64,000 bases of DNA from Thermoproteota archaeon (lineage in GTDB: Archaea; Thermoproteota; Thermoprotei; Thermofilales; B9-G17). Position numbers and translations under genes: made by a program. The DNA is taken from NCBI GenBank assembly GCA_029258885.1, contig JAPDJW010000002.1:480001-544000 (forward strand), read 5' to 3'. The stretch's first letter is position 1. Each line of letters opens with the position of its first letter. A model generated the notes under the pieces. It worked only from the letters and a program-made list of their open reading frames with translations, made no database searches and had not been told where the DNA came from. Of the stretch, positions 38,707-49,577 are shown one piece after another.

Positions 38707-41700
38707 TTAAACGTTACGCTCACCTTCTACTGAGCTTCGTCCATGCCAACTTAATTTAAGCCTCGAGAGATGCCTATACTTCCTAGCATCTTCAACTTTT
38801 CTTGCTATGGCTAGGTATAGGTAGAAGGAGAACTCCTCATTTGGCTTTAATTCTTCAACAGGTTCAATATTGGCGTGTAAAGCGCATGCAGAATCTAATC
38901 CAGCGACAGTCCCCAGGAATAGGTCGTTACGCTTAGGCTTCGCCAAGACAACGGCGGCTTTATCATTATAGGCAAGGATGTACTCCCTTGAGGTGATTGG
39001 ATATGCTATTTCGTGGACGTAGATTTCTTTCTCATATTCTCCATCCTTAAGCGGCACTATTACTTTCTTTGCATTCTCCCCTCCAGGGCTTACGTAGACC
39101 GGTAACCATAGGTACGGCCTAATATACCTTCTAGTCTCATTTATAAGCCTGGTTAAAAGCAGAATAAAACTACACCTAGGCCTAGTCAAATAGTACTGTT
39201 CAACTCTAACACCCCTCAATTCCCTACTTTTCTCATACTTAACCTTAGTATACAGCTTAACTCCAACCCATTTTTCCATTACAGCCTTATCAATACGCCA
39301 CTCCTCCCTCCATAGATTATCCGACCATCCATCGCAAAGTCTCACGCCGCCATACCAGGGTCTAATCCACGATAGTTCACTAGGCTTAGGATACGATGAA
39401 AACAGGTGTGATCCCTCGAAATCTCTAGTAGTTATTTCATAGAGCGTTCCAGCGAAGCCTGCATCAACCTTAAAGGTTAAGTAGCCATTATCCACAGTAG
39501 CTTTACTCCCATTCAGTTCCACTGAAACATTGCCTTTACCGAATGATATTACCGGAAGTACACGCCTAAAGGTGCCGTAATTCGAGTATAGAACGCATGA
39601 AACCTCAGCACAGCCAATAGCCTTCCTCCTAATCCTAACAGCTTTTGAAAATACTCTATCTCTCAGCTCCTGTATCTCAAATTCCCTCGGCTTCACATCC
39701 AGATCTTCTGACGAAAGCGTAATTCTACCTTTAAGAACCTTACCCCTATTCCTCCTTAATACCAGCTCCGCCTTACAGCTTTCATTCTCCATAACTAGCG
39801 GACTAGGCCTAAAGGCCAGCTCAACCACGTCGATCGTTTCCTTCACCCAAACCTCTGGTACGAGATGCTTCCTCCTGAAAAGCATCCAGTATAATCTTCT
39901 AACATCCCTCCATCCTCCCCCACCAATATAGATGTATAGTGGAGGCATCTTAACCCTACTATGAGGTTTAAGTTCTATTAGGTAAGTTAGCCTAGGTAAT
40001 CCTCCCCGGGCAAAGTCGATTTTATCTAAGCCTCTATCCCCCCACAGTAGACCAACCGTGTAGCCGTCATCGGTGATATGACATGTCCAGTATTCAGCAT
40101 ATTCACTAGGACTGCTTGGTAAATCTTCCCGGCTAGCTGGGAACTCTCCCGGAATTGCTCTAGCATTAAGGATACCCTCCTTCAATGGGACAACTAGCCT
40201 GCTACGCCACCATATCCTGCTGTCTATCCTAAGCTTAACATTCCTCTTGATCGATGAGTTATTGACGATAGTATAGCTTAACTTCAATACTGGGGACGAC
40301 CCCTTAACCTCAAGGACTTTAACTAATTCAATTCCAGGAATCTTCCTCAGGCGAGCTCTAGCGTATAGCCTAACAAACTCCCTCCCCTCCTCGAGCTCTA
40401 CATAATAATTCACTCTACTCAGTTCACTAGGCCAAAATGGTGGACCTATACTCTCGCCAGCTAGGTTAAAGATTGCATTATTATTCGATTTACGTATAAC
40501 GTCTATACGTCCACCTCTAAACCTAAGCCTTATAAAGTAGTCCCCTAAATCTACGATGGCAACCTTCCTCTTTCGATCAACGTATCCAACAGCCTCCCCA
40601 ATACGGCTAATAGTTACGAATAAGTCGATTGGAGGGGACCTTATGTCCTCTACATCATATAGTAGGGTTAACTTAGACTTACGTAGAAGCGGATCCATTA
40701 CCTTAACCTTAAGTGGTAAAGTGAATTTCTCCTCCGAATGAGCGGTGAAGCTTAGGACTCTGGGTTCAACTTCAAGTCCTTCACTTGGAACTACAACGAT
40801 TCTCCCGGAAACACTCCGTTTGAAATTATTGCATAGATCGAGCAATATAGTATCCGTAGATTGAGGCAGAAGCGAGGGCATACGTATCGGTTTTATCGAG
40901 AGAGGAGCCTTCTCGTCGAAGCCTATGGATAAGCTAAAGACTCTCCCATTCACTATAAGCTTGGACTTAAGCTTTCTCGACAGTTCATCCCTAGGCTTAT
41001 CTTCAGCCTCAATATCAACTACTGCCTCAGCCTCCACAACCTTTTCCTCCCCAGGCTTAACCTCAAAAGCTACGGGTGGCTTAGACAAAAGCTTTACGTT
41101 TTCTCCAGGCTCGGGAATAAGCACAACCTTAAACTTTTCGTTGGATCTATTAACGATCCTCCAGTACGCCTTAAACGGCGACCCCCTAACAACTCTATCA
41201 TCCTCTGTCAAAAGCTCAACGAGTCCACTGCTCCACTCTAAGCCACATAGATCCCATCCATACCTATCCACGATAGCCTTAAGGTAATCTCCATCAATAC
41301 TCCATTCGTAGATGTATACGCTCCTACCCCTATACTTAAGCCTATCCTCCTCAACGCTTAGATCCCTTCTGAACCCGTAAAGAGCATCGGGATGTCTACT
41401 AAAGAACTCCGATGCGGTAGGATTTGCTAGAATTAGGGGTATAAAATTCTGCATGTATACGGAGGTCTCTGGAACCCAGAAGAACCCTAGCTTCTTATAA
41501 AGCCTAATAGCTCTACTATTCCCCGGCCATGTGTGTAGATCAATCCTGCGAGCACCTATTGATATAGATCTGACTACAGCCTCCTTGATAAGCCTAGTAC
41601 CTATACCCCTGCCCCTTAAATTGGGGTGGACGTTAATGAGTGATATATAGGTTGCATCCTCCGACGACCAGTGCTTAGTAAGCTCAAGATACCCGACTAT

Positions 41701-41910
41701 CCTCCCATTAAGCTCGGCAACGAGATGTGCTATAGCATCGGTACTTCTCATTTTCTCGAGCAGTGTTTCAGCCGTAAATGGAACGCCGCCAGTCAATCCA
41801 CCAGGCCATCCCTCCTCACTCTCATTAAGCATCCTAGCAAGATCCCCAGCATCTACCTCCCTAAAATCTCTAATTACTAAATTTTGTGGCCTAGGGTCTA
41901 CAATATCCAT
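38707..41910 (-). CDS. 1067-aa protein with N-terminal GNAT domain and large uncharacterised beta-rich C-terminus
   Basis: INVHPNLRGRGIG, LHTWPGN.RA..LYKKLGF in the first ~150 aa. Confidence 0.8.
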   Translation of the reverse strand: MDIVDPRPQNLVIRDFREVDAGDLARMLNESEEGWPGGLTGGVPFTAETLLEKMRSTDAIAHLVAELNGRIVGYLELTKHWSSEDATYISLINVHPNLRGRGIGTRLIKEAVVRSISIGARRIDLHTWPGNSRAIRLYKKLGFFWVPETSVYMQNFIPLILANPTASEFFSRHPDALYGFRRDLSVEEDRLKYRGRSVYIYEWSIDGDYLKAIVDRYGWDLCGLEWSSGLVELLTEDDRVVRGSPFKAYWRIVNRSNEKFKVVLIPEPGENVKLLSKPPVAFEVKPGEEKVVEAEAVVDIEAEDKPRDELSRKLKSKLIVNGRVFSLSIGFDEKAPLSIKPIRMPSLLPQSTDTILLDLCNNFKRSVSGRIVVVPSEGLEVEPRVLSFTAHSEEKFTLPLKVKVMDPLLRKSKLTLLYDVEDIRSPPIDLFVTISRIGEAVGYVDRKRKVAIVDLGDYFIRLRFRGGRIDVIRKSNNNAIFNLAGESIGPPFWPSELSRVNYYVELEEGREFVRLYARARLRKIPGIELVKVLEVKGSSPVLKLSYTIVNNSSIKRNVKLRIDSRIWWRSRLVVPLKEGILNARAIPGEFPASREDLPSSPSEYAEYWTCHITDDGYTVGLLWGDRGLDKIDFARGGLPRLTYLIELKPHSRVKMPPLYIYIGGGGWRDVRRLYWMLFRRKHLVPEVWVKETIDVVELAFRPSPLVMENESCKAELVLRRNRGKVLKGRITLSSEDLDVKPREFEIQELRDRVFSKAVRIRRKAIGCAEVSCVLYSNYGTFRRVLPVISFGKGNVSVELNGSKATVDNGYLTFKVDAGFAGTLYEITTRDFEGSHLFSSYPKPSELSWIRPWYGGVRLCDGWSDNLWREEWRIDKAVMEKWVGVKLYTKVKYEKSRELRGVRVEQYYLTRPRCSFILLLTRLINETRRYIRPYLWLPVYVSPGGENAKKVIVPLKDGEYEKEIYVHEIAYPITSREYILAYNDKAAVVLAKPKRNDLFLGTVAGLDSACALHANIEPVEELKPNEEFSFYLYLAIARKVEDARKYRHLSRLKLSWHGRSSVEGERNV

Positions 41911-41988
41911 AGTATAGATACTTTGAGATTAATTTATTAACGTTACTGGGAGGGAGCCATATTAATCATTAAATATACTTTATATTAT

Positions 41989-42774
41989 GTGAAGCATTAT
42001 CCGCGAATGTTAACCCCTAATACGCCCAGATTTAATCCTGTAGAGCTGGCTAAAGTTACCGAAAGTATAGTCTGCAGAAATGATTCGAGGAAGTATACGG
42101 CATTCTACGTTGCTGGAGTGTATAGGGGCATTTCAACCGGATATGCTGTTGGATGCTGTTTAAGATGTTTTTTCTGCTGGAGTGGATGGAGTAGGGACTT
42201 CCCCGAACTCTATGGCAGATTCTATACGCCTAGGGACGTATTTAAAAGGCTATGTGAGGCGGCCAAGGAGTATCGTATCAGGAAGGCTAGAATATCTGGC
42301 TGTGAGCCCACCTTATGTAGAGGACACCTACTTAAGCTTCTGGAGCTCGTGGAATCCTCCGAATTCAACATATTTATACTTGAGACAAACGGCATACTAT
42401 TTGGAGCCGATAAAAGCTATGTGAGGGATATCTCGAAGTTTACAAAGGTATATGTTAGGGTGAGCCTTAAGGCGGGTAATCCCAGGGCATTTTCCCATAG
42501 AACGGGAGCATTACCGGATTTCTTTGAGCTGCCGTTTAAGGCTATAGAGTATCTCATAGACTATGGGGTTAGGTTTCACGTCGCAGCCATGACCGATCCG
42601 AGGATAATGCCAGCGGGCGAAAGGGTTGAGCTATTGAATAGGCTTAGGGATATAGATCCAAAGTTAGCTAAATATCTGGAGGAGGAGCTCTGCGACCCAT
42701 ACGATGCAACAATAGTTAGGATGAGCATATTTGGAATAGATCCCGTTAAATTCTATAAGTATTCGTTACCTTAA
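41989..42774 (+). CDS. Radical SAM protein (COG5014-like)
   Basis: GCCLRCFFCWS (CX3CX2C), ISGCEPT, LETNG. Confidence 0.9.
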   Translation: MKHYPRMLTPNTPRFNPVELAKVTESIVCRNDSRKYTAFYVAGVYRGISTGYAVGCCLRCFFCWSGWSRDFPELYGRFYTPRDVFKRLCEAAKEYRIRKARISGCEPTLCRGHLLKLLELVESSEFNIFILETNGILFGADKSYVRDISKFTKVYVRVSLKAGNPRAFSHRTGALPDFFELPFKAIEYLIDYGVRFHVAAMTDPRIMPAGERVELLNRLRDIDPKLAKYLEEELCDPYDATIVRMSIFGIDPVKFYKYSLP

Positions 42775-42825
42775 CACGGCTTAATGTTATATTTAATAAT
42801 TTTATTAAATTGTTGGGTGTTCTCG

Positions 42826-43692
42826 ATGAAGATAGGATTAAATACGTGGACTGTAACAGGGTTTAGATATAGAGGTGTTCCTGGATTAAAGGAGATACTT
42901 AAGATAGCCAGCGAAGCTGGATATGATGGCGTTGAATTCACCTTTGACGCCAACCTCCTTCACCCGGATAAGATTACGAGGGAAATTAGGAGGGAGCTTC
43001 TTGAAACCGCTAAATCCTATAACCTAGTTTTCCCGAGCGTTGCTACAGGCGTATTTTGGAGGTATAACTTAGGCTCGCCAGATGAAAGCGTAAGGAAGAC
43101 TGGCGAAGAATTCGTAATAAAAGGTTTGGAGCTCGCTAGGGACCTTGAGGCCCGCGTACTGCTTGTAGTTCCTGCTGTTGCGAAGCCAGAGATACCCTAC
43201 GATAAGCTCTATGAGACGTCTGTTAAAACACTAAAGAAGTTATCTAAGAAGGCGGAGGACGTTGGGGTTATCATAGGCGTGGAGAATGTTTGGAATAAGT
43301 TCCTCTACAGCCCGTTGGAGTTCAGGAGGTTCCTCGAGGATATAGGCAGCGAGTACGTTAAGGCGTACTTTGATGTAGGGAATGTGGTCAATCTCGGCTA
43401 CATAGAGAACTGGATAGATCTAATAGGCGATTTAATAGCGATGGTTCACGTAAAGGATTTTGACGTAAACGTGGGGAACATATACGGCTTTAGACACGTT
43501 GGCAGGGGGAGCATAGACTGGAAGATGGTTATAACGAAGCTTAAGGAGGTCGGCTACGATGACTTCCTCAATGCAGAGTGTCCGCCAGAGTTCTATCCAG
43601 ACTTAAAGGAGCCTAAAATACCTGAGGACGGAATAAGAGCGGCAAGGGATAACGCTAAAGCGCTGAGGGAGATACTTGAGAAATACTATTAG
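42826..43692 (+). CDS. Sugar phosphate isomerase/epimerase (xylose isomerase-like TIM barrel)
   Basis: GYDGVE, GVENVWNKF, YFDVGN, VHVKDF, G.GSIDW. Confidence 0.9.
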   Translation: MKIGLNTWTVTGFRYRGVPGLKEILKIASEAGYDGVEFTFDANLLHPDKITREIRRELLETAKSYNLVFPSVATGVFWRYNLGSPDESVRKTGEEFVIKGLELARDLEARVLLVVPAVAKPEIPYDKLYETSVKTLKKLSKKAEDVGVIIGVENVWNKFLYSPLEFRRFLEDIGSEYVKAYFDVGNVVNLGYIENWIDLIGDLIAMVHVKDFDVNVGNIYGFRHVGRGSIDWKMVITKLKEVGYDDFLNAECPPEFYPDLKEPKIPEDGIRAARDNAKALREILEKYY

Positions 43693-43695
43693 ACC

Positions 43696-45300
43696 TTAAG
43701 TCCTTATATCGATTTTTTCCACAAATCCTGCTATCGGGTTAGCTAAAACTTCGTGTATTGCTAGGGCTATCGCTAAGGATACTGCGCTGGATAATACAAT
43801 AAATTCTACTGGTAGTATGTTAAGCAGGAGCTTATATACCAAGTCGGCTATCAGGAAGGCTGGCATGAAAACGATTAACAATATTGAAACAACTATTCCT
43901 TCAGTAACATATAGGCCCGTAGGAGCTTTCCTCACAACCTTTCTTCTTGATGCGAGGTATACGGCAACTAATAGAATAACGTACGATACTATTACCGTTG
44001 ATGGAAGCACGGTTAGGGGTAGAAGCAGGTGCGCTGGATTACGTGTTAAAGAGCAGTTGAAGACCGCTAAAATTAGCAGTCCCTCAGAAATGTATGTAGA
44101 ATATCTTAGGGCGAGGCTTGATATGAACGGCTTAATAGACAACATATACACCCTATAGATCCACATAGATGGCAGATCTAAGGCGAGCGATGCATTAACT
44201 AGTGCTTCTATAACTTGAGATACTATCATTGGTGTGAGAACCGATGATACAAAGACTAGAAACTCGGGGTCAGGAACACAGTTAGCTAATACATATCCCG
44301 CAATGAACGCTAGAGCTGTCGATACAAATACAAAGGTAACGTTCCCCCTGCCGGCTACTTTAGCTAAACACACGTAGTTGAAGACAACCCTATCAGCTGG
44401 GCCTAGGTACTTCATTTCAACGCTCCTCCTAACTCTTTTCCTTCTTTCGGCCATACCTACTGTTATCGGCTGAATTAGCTCTGGATGTATGTAATTCGAA
44501 GCCTTAACTATCAAGATATTAAGCAATACTATGATTACAAGAACCTTTACATAGGCTAGGAGCACGTCGCCTACGTCCTCCGTTATGGTGAGGCAGTATA
44601 TGATAGCTTCAAATGCTGGCTTAAGCGGAGCAGATAAAATAGGCGAAATCCATCCGATATATAATGAGTGCAGTAATCCAGAGGCCATGTATAGGATTAG
44701 GATCAGCTTAACGTACCTCAGCTTCTCTCTCATAACGTAGGCTAGGATACTTAAAGACATACTTAAACTGCCTAGCACTATGAAAAGAAGCATAAAGGAT
44801 ATTGGTAAAAGCAAGGGCTTCGTGTAATTGCCCCCTGAGAGCTGTATCGAATATGGTATAAAGCCCACCATAAATACGCTCATCCACGCTATCTGTAATA
44901 AATCGCTAAACCTCTTAGCCAGAATATAGGTAGACATATCTATCGGCTGAGACAGCAATACCTCGTATTCGGCCTCGTTCATAACTATAATCTTCAACCT
45001 AGACTTAAATACCAGACTCAGGATAAAGTACATCAGCATTAATGCGCTCAGGAGATCTATGATTACATACTTATCTACACCATAGCTTTTCAGAAGCCTC
45101 CTTAAGGCTAAGGCTGAAGTATAGTTGTGCTCGCCTCTATCTCCACCAGAGAAACTACCCACAACTACCATAACCGCAATAATAAATACGATAACTCCTA
45201 TGGAGAAGAGCGCCACAAGCCTATGTTTCCTGAAGATGGGATTTAAAACGTAGTTTTTAAGCAGGTACCAGAAGACTATCAACGCTTTCTTAACGTTCAC
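43696..45300 (-). CDS. Putative ABC exporter permease (about 12 TM)
   Basis: Highly hydrophobic 534 aa, overlapping the ATPase gene. Confidence 0.7.
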   Translation of the reverse strand: MNVKKALIVFWYLLKNYVLNPIFRKHRLVALFSIGVIVFIIAVMVVVGSFSGGDRGEHNYTSALALRRLLKSYGVDKYVIIDLLSALMLMYFILSLVFKSRLKIIVMNEAEYEVLLSQPIDMSTYILAKRFSDLLQIAWMSVFMVGFIPYSIQLSGGNYTKPLLLPISFMLLFIVLGSLSMSLSILAYVMREKLRYVKLILILYMASGLLHSLYIGWISPILSAPLKPAFEAIIYCLTITEDVGDVLLAYVKVLVIIVLLNILIVKASNYIHPELIQPITVGMAERRKRVRRSVEMKYLGPADRVVFNYVCLAKVAGRGNVTFVFVSTALAFIAGYVLANCVPDPEFLVFVSSVLTPMIVSQVIEALVNASLALDLPSMWIYRVYMLSIKPFISSLALRYSTYISEGLLILAVFNCSLTRNPAHLLLPLTVLPSTVIVSYVILLVAVYLASRRKVVRKAPTGLYVTEGIVVSILLIVFMPAFLIADLVYKLLLNILPVEFIVLSSAVSLAIALAIHEVLANPIAGFVEKIDIRT

Positions 45301-46046
45301 TTCCCCTCACCTATAAGCTTCAGGAAGACATCCTCAAGAGTACTTTCCTCACCGGCCTCAACCCTAGCCTTAAGCTCCTCCAAGCTCCCCTCAGCGATTA
45401 ATACTCCCTCGTTGATTACACCGACCCTCGTACAGAACCTCTCGACCATATCGAGGAGATGGCTTGAAATTAGTGCAGTAGCACCGTTGTCGACCAGCCT
45501 CTTAACCTCCTCCTTAAACACGTGCTGTGCCTCGGGGTCCATCCCAGCCATAGGCTCATCCATAATGAGAACTCTGGGCTTAACTAGGAAGGCGGCTGAA
45601 GCCAGTAGTTTCTGAAGCATGCCCCTGGAAAGTCCCTCAATAAGAGCATTAGCCTTCTCATCGAGTTCAAATACGTTAAGGTAGTATTCTACCCTCTCCC
45701 TAACTTCATCCTTAGGTATACCCCTGAGGGACCCTATAAAGTACAGGAACTCCTTAACGGTAAGATTCTGGAAGCAAACGGGGTTCTCGGGAATATACCC
45801 CACGTGCCTTAAGGCATCAACCCTATGGCGAAGGATGTCGTAGCCGTATATTCTAGCGTAGCCTCTATCGGGCTTCAGGAGGCCAACTAAAATCTTCAAC
45901 GTAGTGGTCTTTCCAGCGCCATTTGGTCCTAAAAGCCCGTAAATCTCGCCCTCACCAACCCTGAAGGACAGGCCCCTTAACGCCTTAACCCTACCGTAAC
46001 TCTTATGGAGGTCAATAATCTCGATAGGATAAACTCCGTGCATCAC
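45297..46046 (-). CDS. ABC transporter ATP-binding protein
   Basis: GPNGAGKTT, LSRGM, IMDEP, SSH. Confidence 0.92.
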   Translation of the reverse strand: MMHGVYPIEIIDLHKSYGRVKALRGLSFRVGEGEIYGLLGPNGAGKTTTLKILVGLLKPDRGYARIYGYDILRHRVDALRHVGYIPENPVCFQNLTVKEFLYFIGSLRGIPKDEVRERVEYYLNVFELDEKANALIEGLSRGMLQKLLASAAFLVKPRVLIMDEPMAGMDPEAQHVFKEEVKRLVDNGATALISSHLLDMVERFCTRVGVINEGVLIAEGSLEELKARVEAGEESTLEDVFLKLIGEGK

Positions 46047-46141
46047 GATTAGAAGATAGAATTCAAAAATAAAAATTACGAAAGTTTAATCCCACTCGGC
46101 GAGCACGCCACATCTAACGGAGATCTACACGGGCCAACCTA

Positions 46142-46165
46142 GCAGTTTTGCAGACCCAAAACTGC
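46142..46165. other. Perfect 9-bp hairpin (possible terminator or element end)
   Basis: GCAGTTTTG-cagacc-CAAAACTGC, intergenic, downstream of vapC. Confidence 0.4.
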
Positions 46166-46262
46166 AAAATTTAACTTGAAAGAATTCGGTAAAACCGAAT
46201 AAATGTATATACTTATCTAAACTATACTATTCATCTATAGTATTAAGGATAAAGTATTGCTG

Positions 46263-46703
46263 TTACTGGCTTGGTAGTGCTACATCATCATACCTAAGCA
46301 CAGATATATTATATCGTTCCGCTATAAGCTTCCTCAACGACAGTATATCCCTATCTTCAGTCATCAAATCCTCATTAAATGCAACTGCAGTAGCAACTAT
46401 AATACAATCAATAAGATCGTCGAGTAAATCACGTAGCTCGTAGGTTACGTTAACTACCTTGGAATGATAGAATGGAACTATCTCAAAGTTCCTTATAATT
46501 GCGTTTACGGCCTTCAACACATAATCTAAGGGAACCCTCATCATCCAAGCTTTAGCCTGAAGCTCGAATAGGGAGATTAAGCTTACCTTCAAATCCTCGA
46601 AACCAAAATCTATCTTCAGTTTCCCTAAGGCTATAGCCTTCAGCAGGTCGTATCTAACGTTTATCCTAGCTAACGGCAACAGATAAGTTGTATCTATGAT
46701 CAC
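46263..46703 (-). CDS. vapC: VapC PIN-domain toxin
   Basis: MIIDTTYLL, SLFEL, D..DCIIVATA, TED. Confidence 0.88.
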   Translation of the reverse strand: MIIDTTYLLPLARINVRYDLLKAIALGKLKIDFGFEDLKVSLISLFELQAKAWMMRVPLDYVLKAVNAIIRNFEIVPFYHSKVVNVTYELRDLLDDLIDCIIVATAVAFNEDLMTEDRDILSLRKLIAERYNISVLRYDDVALPSQ

Positions 46704-46942
46704 CTTTCCTCAAGCCTCCTACTTAACTCTTTACGGAACTCATTAAACCCCTCCAAATCAATCTCAGCTATTTTCTCAGAGAATATAAGCTGAAGTAGCT
46801 CGTCTCTAGCAGAGAGTTTCTCCCTCAAAATCTCGTTCAATACCTTCGAGATAGCCCTCACCGTACCATATCTTCTAATGCTCTCCTGAACTAGCCTCTC
46901 GTAAACATCATCCTCAAGTATTACCGTTGTACGCCTAGGCAT
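46700..46942 (-). CDS. vapB: VapB antitoxin (ribbon-helix-helix)
   Basis: MPRRTTVILEDDVYERL...ISKVLNEILR; 4-nt overlap with vapC. Confidence 0.8.
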   Translation of the reverse strand: MPRRTTVILEDDVYERLVQESIRRYGTVRAISKVLNEILREKLSARDELLQLIFSEKIAEIDLEGFNEFRKELSRRLEER

Positions 46943-47223
46943 GTAGAAATATATATGCTTAAACATATAAATGTTTAGATGATTTCACAATCAACTTAAT
47001 GTTTATCTGAAACACTTTGTAATACATTTAAGGCATAGGATACACTGCCTTTTCCAGCTCCATTGTCCTTATCGATGAGGACATCAATAAATACCGACGT
47101 ACAGGGCAGGACAATTATGAAATGATTGTTGTCTCTGTTAAGGTTTATATGAATTTGGGAGCTTTGATGCTATTAATATGAACATTACTTGCAACCGCAG
47201 ATAATAAAACTGATGAAGCTAAT

Positions 47224-48171
47224 TTAGAATATTACCCTTTCGCCTGGGACGCGCCTAAATGGCTGAATGTCGCCTATGTGCCTTGCTCCAGTAATGTACC
47301 TTACGAACCTCTCAACGCCTATACCCGCGCCTGCGCTCGGTATAAGTAGCCCCTCCCTGGCCACCTGTAGATAGGTCTCAAACCTCCGTGGATCTAGGCC
47401 ATCGCGCCTTATACGGCTGATAATTCGGTCGTACTCCCACTCCCTCTCACCGCCCGAGAGCGCTTCACCGAATCCCTCGGGATATATTAAATCATAGTTC
47501 CTATAGTGTCCTGGCCTCTCGGGATCCTCCCTATCATAGAACTCTCTCTTATGGCATATAACCCAGAAGGGCTCTGTATGGTCAAGGGATGCCCTTATCT
47601 CCCAATCTGAGCCATATTTATCGATCATCTCGTGTGTAGTATATACTTCAAAGGGTGTACTCGGAATCTTAAGGCTTCGACCAAGTATCTCGAGGTCTTC
47701 AGCATTCTCCTTAACCACGCTTTCTATAACGTATTTAACGAGCTCCTCCGTTAGCGACATTATCTCCTCCATGGTACCGTATGCAACTTCAAAATCCATC
47801 TGAGTGAACTCAAACAAATGCTTGCCAGTCTTGTACCTATCCCTGCGTTCAAACCTTACGTTCGGAGACATTATAAATATCCTCTCAGCTCCAGTCAACA
47901 GCGAAAGCTGCTTATGTAGAATCATGCTCTGAGTAAGGAAAAGCTCCTCATCATAGTACTTAATCTTCGGAAAAGCTATAATCGAGCTGTCTGGGTCAGG
48001 GCCGAGGGGATCCGTAACCTTAGCTGTTATAACAGGCATCAGCTGAATGAACCTCTTCTTAACCATGAACTCCTGCATCCTAGTTAAAACGGTCGTCTGT
48101 ATCTTCAGTATTGGAAGCATCTCACGTCTCTTAAGGTAGCTAACCGCTGACAGTAGATCCGTCCTAAGCAT
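47224..48171 (-). CDS. asnA: Archaeal asparagine synthetase A (AsnRS/AspRS catalytic-core paralog)
   Basis: Class II aaRS core without anticodon domain: LTQSMILHKQ, SPNVRFE, HLFEFTQ.DFE, GEALSGGERE, AGAGIGVER. Confidence 0.88.
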   Translation of the reverse strand: MLRTDLLSAVSYLKRREMLPILKIQTTVLTRMQEFMVKKRFIQLMPVITAKVTDPLGPDPDSSIIAFPKIKYYDEELFLTQSMILHKQLSLLTGAERIFIMSPNVRFERRDRYKTGKHLFEFTQMDFEVAYGTMEEIMSLTEELVKYVIESVVKENAEDLEILGRSLKIPSTPFEVYTTHEMIDKYGSDWEIRASLDHTEPFWVICHKREFYDREDPERPGHYRNYDLIYPEGFGEALSGGEREWEYDRIISRIRRDGLDPRRFETYLQVAREGLLIPSAGAGIGVERFVRYITGARHIGDIQPFRRVPGERVIF

Positions 48172-48291
48172 GAGGCTTTAGAATAACGCTTTAAATATAA
48201 ACATTATGCATTAAAAGAGGAAAAATTTACAATAGCTTCCATGCATAAACCGGATTAAAATATAAATCTTACATCATAATATATAAATAGC

Positions 48292-48762
48292 ATGGACAGA
48301 AAAGATCTCGAGATACTCCGGCTCCTCCAGAGGAACTGTAAGCTTAGCGTGAGGGAGATAGCTAAAAGGCTCAAAATACCTTCATCAACCGTATACGCTA
48401 GGATAAATAAGCTCGAGGAAAAGAGGGTGATAACTGGATATCATGCTAAGGTTGATGAGAAGAAGCTTGGATACGGCGTTAAGGCTTTTATACTCGTATC
48501 CTATACTCCAATGCCGATACCACAGGAGGAGGTAGCAAATAAGATAGCAGCACTGCCTCAGGTACAAGGAGTATACATAATCTCCGGAGAATGGGACATG
48601 ATAGTAGAGGTCATAGAGAAGGACGTGGAGAGCTTAGGCGACTTCGTCATAAAGAAGCTTAGAAACATCGAAGGAGTAAGCAAGACACTAACATGCGTAG
48701 TATTAAAGAAAATCAAGGAGACTACATACGTCCCTGTGGCTTTCGTTCAAGGATTTAACTAA
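48292..48762 (+). CDS. Lrp/AsnC family transcriptional regulator
   Basis: MDRKDLEIL..LQ.N.K.S.REIA, GEWD, divergent from asnA. Confidence 0.93.
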   Translation: MDRKDLEILRLLQRNCKLSVREIAKRLKIPSSTVYARINKLEEKRVITGYHAKVDEKKLGYGVKAFILVSYTPMPIPQEEVANKIAALPQVQGVYIISGEWDMIVEVIEKDVESLGDFVIKKLRNIEGVSKTLTCVVLKKIKETTYVPVAFVQGFN

Positions 48763-49088
48763 ATGCCTGATAATTCTACAACTATACTAATCATGGCAGG
48801 TTATTGTAGCTAATAATATTTAGACCTATAAACCGAGATTTACACTTATGTTTTGCTAATGGCGAAACAATGGGTGGGAATGATGAAATATACCACCATA
48901 TCTAGAATATTGCTCAGTTTTCTCTTGACATACTTCACGGTATTTTCTTCCCTATTTCTCGACAGGAATATATAGCAGCTGATACCTAATATTTATGAGA
49001 GCTATGGATAAAAGATTTCTTTTAAAGCCTAGAAAAAGGCTTGGAAGAATGAGGAGGAAGCGTAGACTCGGATTAATAGTTCCATTGG

Positions 49089-49520
49089 GTGAAGGGATTG
49101 CCGGTAAGAGTAAGGGTGAGGCTGGAGAGCACAAGAAGCAGTAATAGCGTGGAGACTATAGCTTTTTTAAACACAGGATTCACCTCTGACACCCTTGATA
49201 TACATATTCCACTAGACATTGCTGAGAAGCTTAAATTATGGCCGCCGCCATCGAATGCTGTGCTTGAATCCCTTGATACATCAGGTGGTGAAGTTTTAAG
49301 CTACTTTATACCGGATGCCGTTAAATTAACCGTATTAGAGGATGATAGATGTTCAAAGACCATAACCTGCAACGCTATTATTACAACATATGAAAGAGAG
49401 GTTCTACTCTCAGACGCCGTTATAGAGGAGCTTGAGATAGAAATACTATCTCCTAAGACTGGGCTATGGAGATTCAAAGGAGAGGAAAAGGTTAGGAGGG
49501 GATTAACCTCTGAGGATTAA
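49089..49520 (+). CDS. Clan AA aspartic-protease-like protein (NTG in place of DTG)
   Basis: AFLNTGF...EVLLSD..IEEL.I; GTG start. Confidence 0.55.
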   Translation: MKGLPVRVRVRLESTRSSNSVETIAFLNTGFTSDTLDIHIPLDIAEKLKLWPPPSNAVLESLDTSGGEVLSYFIPDAVKLTVLEDDRCSKTITCNAIITTYEREVLLSDAVIEELEIEILSPKTGLWRFKGEEKVRRGLTSED

Positions 49521-49577
49521 CCTAAAATATCAACCTAATAGGCTTCCCTGTTGAAACCTATCTACTAGGTAGAGCTT

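Noticed and set aside
47224-48171. Truncated aspartyl/asparaginyl-tRNA synthetase as a novelty or pseudogene
   Set aside because: It fits the known archaeal AsnA family, which naturally lacks the anticodon-binding domain.
48880-48935. ATGATGA box C-like motif
   Set aside because: No properly spaced CTGA D/D' boxes follow.
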